NCBI GenBank assembly: GCA_964342825.1
Contig: CAYFHO010000009.1
Coordinates: 13,292 to 77,291 of the forward strand
DNA from: an uncultured Verrucomicrobiota bacterium
GTDB taxonomy: Bacteria > Verrucomicrobiota > Verrucomicrobiia > Limisphaerales > AAA164-E04
Direction: 5' to 3'
DNA: 64,000 nt
Of this stretch, positions 49,902-59,203 are shown piece by piece (within the stretch, counting starts at the first letter, position 1; each line of letters starts with the position of its first letter). The notes under the pieces are model-generated. The model was not told the DNA's origin and did not search any database. It was given only the letters and a program-made list of their open reading frames with translations. The position numbers and the translations under genes were made by a program.

Positions 49902-50099
49902 TGGTTGGAGCTTGTTGCTGATACCATCTTGAGCTGCTTGCCTTTCCCGGAAAATCACCTTGCCCCATCTTGGGGCGACGTTTGATTCAGGATTTGTAAC
50001 CGTATAGCTACGAATCCCCTGACTTTATCAACTTCCATTCCAAAATTTCCCACATTTTATTGTATTCGAGTTATCGGGTGAGTCGGTAATGTTTTATGT

Positions 50100-50600
50100 A
50101 TGCGTTACCAGATGAAAGAAAAACTATGGGCTTTTGGGGATGATTACAGAATACAGGATTCCGAAGGCAAAGACGTGTTTTTTGTAGACGGTAAAGGATT
50201 CAGCGTGGGGAAGAAACTCTCTTTCCAGGATATGCAAGGGCAGGAATTAGCCTTCATCAGTCAAAAACTATTTAGTTTCAGAAGTACTTTCAATATTTAC
50301 AGGCAGGGTCAACTCTTTGCCGAAGTCGTCAAGGAGATCTCATTATTCAAATCAAAATTCACCGTGGATGTCCCTGGCCCCAATGATTACTCGGTCTCTG
50401 GAAATTTCATGAATTTTGAATATGAGTTTGAACGATCAGGAAAAACTGTTGCCCACGTTTCAAAGAAATTCTTCTCCTGGGGAGACTCCTATGGCATCGA
50501 TATCGTACCTGGCGAAGATGATATCACAGTCCTGGCAACAGCAGTCGTCATCGATATGGTTTGTCACAGCAAAGACACAGGACATCCAGGCTTGATGTAG
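50100..50600 (+). CDS. LURP-one-related/scramblase-like (tubby C-terminal fold) protein
   Basis: MKEKLWAFGDDY, SKKFFSWGDSYGIDI, VVIDM. Confidence 0.85.
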   Translation: MRYQMKEKLWAFGDDYRIQDSEGKDVFFVDGKGFSVGKKLSFQDMQGQELAFISQKLFSFRSTFNIYRQGQLFAEVVKEISLFKSKFTVDVPGPNDYSVSGNFMNFEYEFERSGKTVAHVSKKFFSWGDSYGIDIVPGEDDITVLATAVVIDMVCHSKDTGHPGLM

Positions 50601-50745
50601 AGATGTGAAAAAATTGCCTCTTTTCTGGATTCGCACTTGATAAAACATCGTTGATTTGCAACCCATATGTCTGTTGTTGATTATCAATTCATGACTCCAA
50701 GCCTATGCGCAAAGATCATGGATCCATATCAAAAACAGATCACCG

Positions 50746-51285
50746 ATGAATTCGATACAGGGAAAACCGCCGGAGGAACCAGAACAAGTTTTGCAAGAAA
50801 CTGAGGTTGTCTGGTTCGTTGCGCATACACGCCCTCGTTGTGAAAAAAAGTTACGCCTGTATCTGGATCGCGAATCGATATACAACATTCTCCCAACGAT
50901 TAAGACGGTACATAAATACCGTGGTAAAACCGTCGCTTTCGATAAACCTTTGTTTCCGGGTTATGTTTTCCTGAAGATTCACCCACTCAGCCGGCAAAAA
51001 GTTTTTCAAAGTGATTACGTGGCCAATCTGTTGGATGTTCCGGATCAAGCTGGTTTCGACGAACAATTGGGTGACATCTTGGAGGCCATTGAAAGCGGGT
51101 ATGAACTTCAACTTGCGCCTGAAATAGGAGTAGGCAAACGCGTCATGATCAAATCAGGCCCCATGCGGGGTGTGGAAGGATGGGTTGAAGATCGCTACGG
51201 AATGACCACAGTCCTTCTCCGGTTGGACTTTATTGGGCAAGCAGCGGCTCTATCCATGCAAGCGGATATGCTTGAGTTAATTTGA
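50746..51285 (+). CDS. NusG-paralogue transcription antiterminator (UpxY/RfaH-like)
   Basis: NGN domain WFVAHTRPRCEKK, PLFPGYVF; KOW domain GKRVMIKSGPMRGVEG. Confidence 0.88.
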   Translation: MNSIQGKPPEEPEQVLQETEVVWFVAHTRPRCEKKLRLYLDRESIYNILPTIKTVHKYRGKTVAFDKPLFPGYVFLKIHPLSRQKVFQSDYVANLLDVPDQAGFDEQLGDILEAIESGYELQLAPEIGVGKRVMIKSGPMRGVEGWVEDRYGMTTVLLRLDFIGQAAALSMQADMLELI

Positions 51286-51809
51286 TGTCTCCTAACTCTC
51301 TCCAGATTGCAACCTTGCTCTATTGCTTCAATGCAGATGGAAAAGTTTTACTCATGCAAAGAAAACGCCAGCCAAATCAAGGGCTTTGGAGTCCTCCCGG
51401 AGGGAAATTAAATCAAAAACAGGGCGAATCTCCACATGCATGCGCCGCCAGGGAAGCTGGTGAAGAACTGGGTATCGCTGCAAAACCGGAGGATTTTATG
51501 CTCACCGGTATCGTCAGTGAAAAAGCTTATGAAGGTGAACAACACTGGATGATGTTTCTTTTTAAGTATAAAGGTTATTTGTTAAATCTGCCCCCCGCTC
51601 ATGAGGAAGGACACTTTGATTTTTTCAGTTTCAGCCAAATAGAAAATCTCAATATTCCAGATACAGACAGAAATTTCATCTGGCCGCTTTTCAGAAAACA
51701 CAGCAAGGGTTTCTTTGCAGTGGAATGTGATTGTCAATTAGGCAACGACTTTAACTGGAAAATGTTGCAATCAAATCCAGCTACCAGCAACTTGGATCAG
51801 TATGATTGA
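51282..51809 (+). CDS. NUDIX hydrolase (8-oxo-dGTPase-like)
   Basis: GGK....GESPHACAAREAGEELG Nudix box. Confidence 0.9.
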   Translation: MMSPNSLQIATLLYCFNADGKVLLMQRKRQPNQGLWSPPGGKLNQKQGESPHACAAREAGEELGIAAKPEDFMLTGIVSEKAYEGEQHWMMFLFKYKGYLLNLPPAHEEGHFDFFSFSQIENLNIPDTDRNFIWPLFRKHSKGFFAVECDCQLGNDFNWKMLQSNPATSNLDQYD

Positions 51810-52278
51810 TTTGCATAGTGACGACTATTTCATGTCCGAAGCCCTTCGTCAGGCCAGGCGTGCCTTTGCTTCCGATGAAGTTCCAGTTGGGGCAGTGATC
51901 GTCCATGAAGAACGAATTATTGCCAGGGCCTTCAATCAAGTGGAGGTTTTGAAGGATGCCACTGCCCATGCCGAAATGCTGGCATTAACTCAGGCTCAAT
52001 CTGTTATAGATGACTGGCGTTTGAATGAATGTTCTCTGTATGTTACCAAGGAACCTTGCCCGATGTGTGCTGGAGCAATCGTCCATACTAGAATTAAACG
52101 AGTGATTTTTGGAATTGCCGATCCGAAGGCAGGAGCCGCAGGCAGTGCAATCAACATCCTGCAATTTCCAAGTCTAAACCATCGTTGTGAAATATTGTCG
52201 GGTATTCGTGAGGAAGAATCTCTGGCGATGATCCAGGCCTTTTTCTCCCAAAAACGCTCCAACAAGCAGGGTAATTGA
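51802..52278 (+). CDS. tadA: tRNA adenosine(34) deaminase
   Basis: EVPVGAV, HAE, EPCPMC, DPKAGA. Confidence 0.95.
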   Translation: MIDLHSDDYFMSEALRQARRAFASDEVPVGAVIVHEERIIARAFNQVEVLKDATAHAEMLALTQAQSVIDDWRLNECSLYVTKEPCPMCAGAIVHTRIKRVIFGIADPKAGAAGSAINILQFPSLNHRCEILSGIREEESLAMIQAFFSQKRSNKQGN

Positions 52279-52514
52279 ACGGTCGAGTGTGCTTTTCAAC
52301 GTGCTGCTATCCGAAGATGGATCTCGTTTTATCTGTATTTGTGAGCGGGCAACTTAGACATCTCATGTTTTTGTTTAAATTGAGATTTAAAACTGGAAAT
52401 CACCTCTCTTGCTGCTCATATCGTATTTAACACATTTATAATAGAGTAGATACAGCCATTTAAGCCCGATTCCATTTAGCCCCCCCCAGAGCAAAAGAGC
52501 TTAATTTTAATTTT

Positions 52515-52552
52515 TGTTTATTTTTTGTCTTGATTAAGTTCATGTTCGTGCA
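52515..52552. promoter_or_regulatory. Phased direct repeats resembling a CarH/LitR operator
   Basis: Minus-strand hexamers TAAACA, AAGACA, TGAACT, TGCACG at plus positions 52515, 52526, 52537, 52547. Confidence 0.35.
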
Positions 52553-52563
52553 ACTTTAATTTC

Positions 52564-52812
52564 ATGGCACAAACCTTTGTAACAGATCAAACGGAAGCTG
52601 CGTCAATTGCGGCTAATCACCAACTTCATGAAGTTCAGGCTATGAACAAAATAGACACTCCATTTTGGACCGCTGCGTTTTTGAGTTTCGTAGCTAGTGT
52701 CAGTCTCTGGTTTTTGGTGGATAGGTTAACAGGCATATTTGTAGGTATATGGGTTCCCAGTATCTTAGCTTTGTGGTGCGGGATTCGCCTTCGATTAAAC
52801 GATTCAAAATAA
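52564..52812 (+). CDS. Small two-TM membrane protein (GIFVGIWVPSIL type)
   Basis: Two hydrophobic helices; alternative start at 52642. Confidence 0.7.
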   Translation: MAQTFVTDQTEAASIAANHQLHEVQAMNKIDTPFWTAAFLSFVASVSLWFLVDRLTGIFVGIWVPSILALWCGIRLRLNDSK

Positions 52813-52822
52813 GGAGGACTTT

Positions 52823-53023
52823 ATGCTATTATCTCTCGTTGTTTTTGGATTTGGCCTAATCGTGACTTTCATTGTCGCTTTAGGATTGATCAATGCTCAA
52901 GACCTACGCTCACGCCAGCGTGCGCAGGACTTTCAATTCGGACTTACCAGCTCAAGCAGATCTACTTCCGCTGCCAGTAGCGGCAAAGAAACCTCCACAA
53001 AACTTGAACAGCAAGCTGCTTAG
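52823..53023 (+). CDS. Small single-TM membrane protein
   Basis: Strong SD (AAGGAGG) before ATG; N-terminal hydrophobic helix. Confidence 0.7.
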   Translation: MLLSLVVFGFGLIVTFIVALGLINAQDLRSRQRAQDFQFGLTSSSRSTSAASSGKETSTKLEQQAA

Positions 53024-53050
53024 CTTGAAGTTGCTTAACGTCGAACAGTA

Positions 53051-53623
53051 ATGAATCATCTAAATCTCCTACTTGCCGCTATGACTCTACTCGCAGCAGA
53101 AAACCACGTTTTGAACGCCAAGGATAGTTTCGTTCTGGATTTTTCGGACCGGGAACATTCAAATATTCAATGGCGCATCACAGATGACGGAGTGATGGGT
53201 GGTTTGTCAAAAGGCTACTTCGAGATCAGCCCTCATGGTATCCTGGAATTTGGGGGCAAATTGTCCCTGGACAATAATGGAGGATTTTCGTCTGTTCGCA
53301 GTAGTGACGTTAATTTGGACTTAAGTGAACAAGCAGGAATAGCTTTGAGGGTCAAAGGCGATGGTCGTACTTACCAATTCAGGCTAAACACGGATGCACG
53401 TTATTGGTCGTATGAAGTATCTTTTAGCGCTGAGTTCCAAACTCAGAAAAATCAGTGGCTTGATATTCGCATTCCCTTTGAGAATTTCAGAGCGGGATTT
53501 AGGGGACGCTCTCTGAACGATGTGAAACTCGACCCATCTAAGGTTAGACGTATCGGAATCTTGCTTGGGGACAAAAAGCCTGGGCCCTTTTTACTTAAAA
53601 TAGACTCTATCAGTTCCTACTAG
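53051..53623 (+). CDS. CIA30 family protein
   Basis: W...DDGVMGGLS, LSLDNNGGFSS, GDGRTY. Confidence 0.9.
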   Translation: MNHLNLLLAAMTLLAAENHVLNAKDSFVLDFSDREHSNIQWRITDDGVMGGLSKGYFEISPHGILEFGGKLSLDNNGGFSSVRSSDVNLDLSEQAGIALRVKGDGRTYQFRLNTDARYWSYEVSFSAEFQTQKNQWLDIRIPFENFRAGFRGRSLNDVKLDPSKVRRIGILLGDKKPGPFLLKIDSISSY

Positions 53624-53640
53624 AGGAGTTCGGTTTCAGG

Positions 53641-53688
53641 AAGGGAGTTTAGCTACTTTGAATTGTCAAGTAGCTACTCCCTTTTTTT
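53641..53688 (+). terminator. Intrinsic terminator after the CIA30 operon
   Basis: aagggag..tagctactt / aagtagctactccctt followed by a T run. Confidence 0.75.
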
Positions 53689-53788
53689 GGGTAGCCACGG
53701 AGATTTTCTACATAGCAGGTTGCTTGATCTCTAATCCATCTCTATAGCTACCAAATATTGCCTTGGCTCGACCGTAAAATGAACCGCT

Positions 53789-54097
53789 TCAACTAACCGT
53801 CAACAGGGAAACTCGAATGTTTTCTTCAGTCCTTGTCACTCCATTCGCTTTGGGATCCAATTGCGGTTCTCCATCCACGAGAAATAAATATCTGTGATTG
53901 CCAGAGTGCATAGGTAACTGCAAATGCCAAGCTCCATCCGGCATCCGCTGCATTGGATGGTCATCACCATTCCAGTGGTTAAAATCACCAATCAAAGTAA
54001 CCTTTTTCGCCTTGGGTGCAAAATAACTGAAGTTGACGGGTACGACGGTACGCTTTGCAGAGTAGCGATTCACACCCATTGCTGATTGTTCTCTCAT
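53789..54097 (-). CDS. Standalone glycogen-binding (CBM48/AMPK-beta-like) domain protein
   Basis: APKAKKVTLIGDFNHW, YLFLVDG..LDP. Confidence 0.85.
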   Translation of the reverse strand: MREQSAMGVNRYSAKRTVVPVNFSYFAPKAKKVTLIGDFNHWNGDDHPMQRMPDGAWHLQLPMHSGNHRYLFLVDGEPQLDPKANGVTRTEENIRVSLLTVS

Positions 54098-54262
54098 AAA
54101 TTTTATAGGGTCCTTCCTAATCCCAATTTTCCTCCCCTGAATGAGAGGTTCAAACCTTACTCTTCATTCCATCTGAAGAGATAAACGTTGGTGAAGAAAG
54201 CATATGCCGTACCCGTCTTCAAGTTACTTTGGCGATTTTTTTGGAGCTTTCGCTTTACAAAG

Positions 54263-54297
54263 TTGCCAATGACCGCATTTCCCCTTAGAAAAAACCC
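54263..54297 (+). promoter_or_regulatory. Leaderless-type promoter of aminotransferase gene
   Basis: TTGCCA-N17-TAGAAA-N6-ATG. Confidence 0.55.
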
Positions 54298-55410
54298 ATG
54301 CAGACATCTCAACCATTCGTTCCACCGACAAGATTATTACTTGGCCCTGGTCCCAGCAATGCCGCTCCCAGTGTACTAAAAGCACTCTCCAATCCTCTGC
54401 TTGGACATTTGGACCCGGCTTTTATAGGCATGATGGAGGAGATTAAATCCATGCTCCGACAGGTTTTTCAGACTGAAAATGCAATGACTTTTCCGGTGAG
54501 CGGCACAGGTAGTGCAGGTATGGAATTTTGCTTTGTGAATCTAATTGAACCCGGGGACGATGTGATCATTTGTATCAATGGAGTCTTCGGAATGCGAATG
54601 GCCGATCTGGCTGAACGTTGTGGAGCCAATGTCATCAAGGTGGAATCACCTTGGGGTGAAATCATTCGCCCGGAACAGGTCCAGGAGGCGATCAGTGGCA
54701 AATCACCTAAACTGGTGGCTCTTGTGCATGCTGAAACTTCTACTGGAGCCCTGACACCTGTCGAGGAGATTTCAAAAATTGCCCACGATGCCGGAGCCTT
54801 GATGTTGCTGGACACAGTCACATCGCTTGGGGGATGTGAAGTCGATATTGACGGTTGGAATATTGACGCCGTGTATAGTGGAACTCAAAAATGTCTGAGC
54901 TGTCCTCCAGGCTTGGCACCTGTTTCCCTGAGTGAACGAGCATTGGAGGTCGCGACCCATAGAAAGTCCAAGGTTCAAAGTTGGTATTTGGACGTGAATC
55001 TACTCTCTGGATACTGGGGAACTGAAAGGGTTTATCACCACACCGCACCAATTTCCATGAATTATGCTTTGCATGAGGCATTATGTCTCGTGCTGGAAGA
55101 AGGTTTGAAATCAAGATGGACTCGCCATCAAAAAAACCATGAGAGATTGGTGGACGGTCTGAAAAGACTCGGTTTAGGCATCGCTTCTCAAGAAGGTCAC
55201 CAATTGTGGCAGCTCAATGCTGTCACCGTTCCAGATGGCACCGATGAAGCGCTGGTGCGTAAACGTTTGCTGGAGGATTTCCAGATTGAAGTTGGAGCAG
55301 GCCTGGGCCCTATGAAAGGTAAAATCTGGCGGGTGGGATTAATGGGAGAATCATCCCAATCAGACTATGTCGATCGGTATCTCGATGCCATGACAAGCAT
55401 TCTAAAATAG
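54298..55410 (+). CDS. Alanine--glyoxylate/serine--pyruvate aminotransferase (class V)
   Basis: LLGPGPS, SGTGSAGME, HAETSTG, SGTQKCLSCPPG, YHHTAP. Confidence 0.92.
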   Translation: MQTSQPFVPPTRLLLGPGPSNAAPSVLKALSNPLLGHLDPAFIGMMEEIKSMLRQVFQTENAMTFPVSGTGSAGMEFCFVNLIEPGDDVIICINGVFGMRMADLAERCGANVIKVESPWGEIIRPEQVQEAISGKSPKLVALVHAETSTGALTPVEEISKIAHDAGALMLLDTVTSLGGCEVDIDGWNIDAVYSGTQKCLSCPPGLAPVSLSERALEVATHRKSKVQSWYLDVNLLSGYWGTERVYHHTAPISMNYALHEALCLVLEEGLKSRWTRHQKNHERLVDGLKRLGLGIASQEGHQLWQLNAVTVPDGTDEALVRKRLLEDFQIEVGAGLGPMKGKIWRVGLMGESSQSDYVDRYLDAMTSILK

Positions 55411-55476
55411 TAATGACTGCTACTTGAGCAATCTCTGGAGTGAATCTCACGCTAGCTAATCCAAGCCCAATGTGGT

Positions 55477-56334
55477 TTGAAATCAATGCGATCGGTCCAA
55501 CTTAAAAGGAATCAAAGGGTGATCTGGCTTTGCAAGTTCTTACTGGCTTTAGGCTTTCTGTACCTGGCACTCAGATGGTTCGAATACAAGCAAACGTATC
55601 AGCCCAGCCTAAACCTCGTTTCCACCGCCAAAGATGCCAGTCCCGCCGCTCAGGATCTGATGATTCAAACGGGTGGTAAAGATACAATTAACGCATGGAT
55701 GATTCCATGCCCAAGCGGGGCGAAGTATGAAGATTGGCTGATCGTATTTTCACACGGAAATGCGGGAAATATCACGCATCGACAGGACCTCTACCAAACA
55801 TGGCTGGACCTTGGATTTAACATGCTGGCCTATGATTATAGAGGTTACGGGAAGAGTGATGGGCGTCCTTCAGAAAAAAATACTTATGAAGATCTCTCTG
55901 CCGTCCTGAGCTGGGCCGTTGAAAACGGATGGAATCAGGACCGTATTCTGTTGATGGGTAAATCGCTCGGCGGAGGTGTGGCTTCAGAGCTGGCCATGAA
56001 AAACGAATGGGCAGGCTTGATCTTACATTCCACATTCACAAGCATCCCCGATGTTGGATCGGAGTTGTTTCCTTTCCTCCCGGTAAAACTCATTTCCACC
56101 ATTCGGCATGACACTAATTCAAAGTTAGCTAGTATTCATATACCATTGCTGATTCTTCACAGCCCGGAAGACAATCTGATCAGATTTCGCCATGCTGAAC
56201 AAAATTTTAAAGCAGCCAATGAGCCCAAGATGCTGCATCCAATCACCGGAGATCATAATGATTCAGAATGGGAGAGAAGGGCATCGTTAAAAGCTGGAAT
56301 AGATGCCTTCATGAGCATGATAAAGGAACGCTAA
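55477..56334 (+). CDS. Membrane-anchored alpha/beta hydrolase (ABHD/BEM46-like)
   Basis: HGNAGN, DYRGYG, GKSLGG nucleophile, GDHND. Confidence 0.9.
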   Translation: MKSMRSVQLKRNQRVIWLCKFLLALGFLYLALRWFEYKQTYQPSLNLVSTAKDASPAAQDLMIQTGGKDTINAWMIPCPSGAKYEDWLIVFSHGNAGNITHRQDLYQTWLDLGFNMLAYDYRGYGKSDGRPSEKNTYEDLSAVLSWAVENGWNQDRILLMGKSLGGGVASELAMKNEWAGLILHSTFTSIPDVGSELFPFLPVKLISTIRHDTNSKLASIHIPLLILHSPEDNLIRFRHAEQNFKAANEPKMLHPITGDHNDSEWERRASLKAGIDAFMSMIKER

Positions 56335-56373
56335 AATCTGGACGGATCCCCTCCCCTGCTTTATCCCTTGTGA

Positions 56374-57681
56374 ATGGTATCCAAAGCCAATGTTAACCAT
56401 CTAGATCACAAGCAGTTTTCAGAGTTGGGCCGCCGGATTGAGGCACCTCCGATTTCCTGGCTCATGGAACAAAAACTGAAATATCCCGACATCATCTCAT
56501 TGGCAGCCGGATTCACCGATGGTCCTTCTTTGCCAATTTCAGAGACACAAAGCATATTCACTCGTCTTACCAAAACGAAGAAACGGGCAATGGATTGCCT
56601 GCAATATGGAGTCGGAGCAGGTCGCGATTTGCTTCGAGAATTGACGTCAAAAAGAATTGCTGAACTGGATGGGTTGGATCCGATGCATCCTTGCTATCGA
56701 ACGAATCGAGTGATCATGACACATGGAAGCCAGCAGTTCCTGTATCTTTTGACCGAAGCGCTATGCGATCAGGGAGACATTGTCCTGGTGGAGGCTCCGA
56801 CCTATTTTGTTTACTTGGGAATTCTTCAAAGCTTCGGGACCAAAACCAAAAGTATTCCCATGGAAACGGATGGCCTCGATCTCGAATACCTAAAAAACAA
56901 ATTGGAGGAGTTAAAGGAATCTGGAGAAATTAAAAGAGTCAAAATGCTCTATCTGGTCTCCTATTTTCAAAATCCTACCGGCATTAGCACATCGATTGAA
57001 AAGAAGAAAGCAGCACTGCGATTGTTGAAATCTTACGAGAAACACGCAGGACACCCCATTTATATTTTGGAGGACGCTGCCTACCGCGAGTTGAAATTTC
57101 CCAATACAGAGGAAACGCCCTCGATGCTCACTCTTCCGGGCGCAAGTCAACGTGTCATTTACTCAGGAACCTACAGCAAGCCCTTTGCGACGGGAATTCG
57201 TGTAGGATTCGGGTTTCTTCCAGAGCCACTACGAACCATTGTAATGAGGATTAAGGGCAATCACGACTTTGGCACTTCTAATTTGCTGCAGTCCGTTTTG
57301 GAAGAAGCCATTCAATCGAGGCTTTATCACGATCATATCTCCAGCCTACAGGCTCGCTACCAGAAAAAGGCTCACCGAATGAAACGTTTCATTCAAACCA
57401 CTTTTCCTGAACAACTCACATGGGAGTCTCCCACAGGTGGACTTTACTTTTGGGTCAAGGCTCCCAACCGTATTTCTACGGGACCTCAAAGTGCGTTATT
57501 TAAACGAGCCCTAAAGGAAAAGGTGATGTATGTACCCGGGATTTATACTTATGCCAAGGATCTGGCAGTTAACAAGTTCGATCATGCCATGCGTATTAGT
57601 TTTGGAAATGCTTCACTCAAAGAAATTAAGGAAGGAATCGAACGCCTTGGAAGAGCCATCAAATCACTCAACGTCAAATAA
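56374..57681 (+). CDS. PLP-dependent class I aminotransferase (2-aminoadipate transaminase/MocR-like, no HTH)
   Basis: ISLAAG, QNPTG, EDAAY, GTYSKPFATGIRVG. Confidence 0.85.
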   Translation: MVSKANVNHLDHKQFSELGRRIEAPPISWLMEQKLKYPDIISLAAGFTDGPSLPISETQSIFTRLTKTKKRAMDCLQYGVGAGRDLLRELTSKRIAELDGLDPMHPCYRTNRVIMTHGSQQFLYLLTEALCDQGDIVLVEAPTYFVYLGILQSFGTKTKSIPMETDGLDLEYLKNKLEELKESGEIKRVKMLYLVSYFQNPTGISTSIEKKKAALRLLKSYEKHAGHPIYILEDAAYRELKFPNTEETPSMLTLPGASQRVIYSGTYSKPFATGIRVGFGFLPEPLRTIVMRIKGNHDFGTSNLLQSVLEEAIQSRLYHDHISSLQARYQKKAHRMKRFIQTTFPEQLTWESPTGGLYFWVKAPNRISTGPQSALFKRALKEKVMYVPGIYTYAKDLAVNKFDHAMRISFGNASLKEIKEGIERLGRAIKSLNVK

Positions 57682-57684
57682 AAA

Positions 57685-57713
57685 GCCAGGATGCCCAATG
57701 AGGACATCCTGGC
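57685..57713. terminator. Hairpin between convergent aminotransferase genes
   Basis: gccaggatg(c)cc-aatga-gg(a)catcctggc with a T run on the minus strand. Confidence 0.6.
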
Positions 57714-57831
57714 CATGAAAAATCTAACTCATCTGTGTCTGCTCATTTCTGAGAGGTGGCGGCACACCGCGAGCCCAATCTACTCCATCAGAAAATCTGG
57801 TTTACCAAATGAGTGCTAGAGTATTTGTTGC

Positions 57832-59082
57832 TTAGAATTCGAACGTCACATCGTCTAGTCGAGATTTGATTTCGTTCAGTACTCGCTGTTCTTCCTCAAT
57901 AGTGGGTGCAGCAAAGGTTACGCTGAAGCGAAGGAATGCTCCGGCATCATCCCAAGGAACCGTTGAAATCAATTTTTCACGTATCAACCATTGCGAAGCG
58001 GCTTCGGCGCTTTCAAATTCCACCCGCTCCCCGGTCTGCGTTAAAGCTGCTTTTGGGCAAGGCAAATAAAGGAAGAACGAACCTCCCGGTTTCACGGCAT
58101 CGAGACCGGCTCCCCGCAAAACTTCCACAAGACCATCCATTCGGCGACTGTATTTGGCGGCGATTGCTTCAGTAATTTCCGGATGATTCCAACAATAGGC
58201 GGCTGCGTGTTGAATGGCGAGAAACTGCCCGGAATCCGTATTGTCTTTGACGTCACCATATGCTTTCACCAAAAGCTCGTTACCTGCCACAAAACCACAG
58301 CGCCATCCGGTCATGTTGAAAGCCTTACTGGTGGAGTGGAGCTCTATGCCAACATCCTTGGCACCAGGAACAGAAAGAAAACTCAGGGGTTTCCCATCAA
58401 AAACCAATGCTCCATAAGCGGCATCATGGACAACAACAATTTGATTTTTCTTGGCCCAGGCAACAACTTGCTCAAAAAATTCTCTGGAGGCACTCGCCCC
58501 GGTTGGATTGTTCGGGTAATTGATGACAAGAACTTTTGCCTTCTCCAAAATATCACCAGGAATATTTTCCAGATCCGGAAGAAAGTTATTCTCCTTGGTA
58601 ATCGGAAGGTTGTGCACCTGGCCACCGTAGTATTTTGCATGAGTCCCGAATACAGGGTAGCCAGGAGTGGTCATCAGAACATAATCACCAGGGTTGATAA
58701 AAGCTGCTGGGAGAATGGACAAAGCGGCTTTACTTCCAATGGAATGGAGCACCTCTGTTTCCGGATTGATGCCAGGGGCTCCGCAAACTTTATCCAGGTA
58801 TTCGGCAGCTGCGATCTTCATCACAGCATCACCATTGTCAGCATAGCCCCGGTTACTGGATTTCTGTGCTTCTTCATGCAGAACAGTCACCACCTCAGGA
58901 AAAGCCATTTCATCCGGTTCACCAACTCCCATGTCAATGATTTCGGCACCAGGATTGGCTTTGAGGGCTGCCTGTTTGGCACGTTTTATTTTTTCAAACT
59001 TGTAGATAGCGGTGGTCTTACCATAGTTCTGACCTCCGATACGTTCGGCAAAAAGATTCTGAATATAGGATTCTTCGGACAT
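57832..59082 (-). CDS. dapL: LL-diaminopimelate aminotransferase
   Basis: IYKFEKIKRAK, DMGVGEPD, NYPNNPTG, DAAY, SKAFNMTGWR, DSGQF. Confidence 0.85.
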   Translation of the reverse strand: MSEESYIQNLFAERIGGQNYGKTTAIYKFEKIKRAKQAALKANPGAEIIDMGVGEPDEMAFPEVVTVLHEEAQKSSNRGYADNGDAVMKIAAAEYLDKVCGAPGINPETEVLHSIGSKAALSILPAAFINPGDYVLMTTPGYPVFGTHAKYYGGQVHNLPITKENNFLPDLENIPGDILEKAKVLVINYPNNPTGASASREFFEQVVAWAKKNQIVVVHDAAYGALVFDGKPLSFLSVPGAKDVGIELHSTSKAFNMTGWRCGFVAGNELLVKAYGDVKDNTDSGQFLAIQHAAAYCWNHPEITEAIAAKYSRRMDGLVEVLRGAGLDAVKPGGSFFLYLPCPKAALTQTGERVEFESAEAASQWLIREKLISTVPWDDAGAFLRFSVTFAAPTIEEEQRVLNEIKSRLDDVTFEF

Positions 59083-59203
59083 ATTTGTTTAATTCTCAGG
59101 ATTAAGCCTGAATGGCAACGAGCGTGAAAGTTAGCGAATGGAAGTCATGGCATCAAGTATGGACTGTTCAACCAAGTCAGTTCGCCAGTTTTTAAGAGTG
59201 TGA

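Noticed and set aside
52480-52487. C8 tract as a phase-variation site
   Set aside because: Short, and not clearly within a promoter spacer or ORF
52530-52543. FNR-like TTGAT-N4-TTCAT
   Set aside because: Right half mismatched; weak in AT-rich DNA
57811-57819. GAGTGCTAG, CIRCE-like half-site
   Set aside because: No matching left arm, and it lies between convergent genes
58183-59127. 314-aa ORF on the plus strand
   Set aside because: Antisense to dapL with no recognisable motifs; the other short overlapping ORFs in the track were dismissed for the same reason
59165-59178. Possible Verrucomicrobia LexA box (TGTTC-N4-GAACA) before dinB
   Set aside because: Only the TGTTC half-site is present; none seen before uvrB
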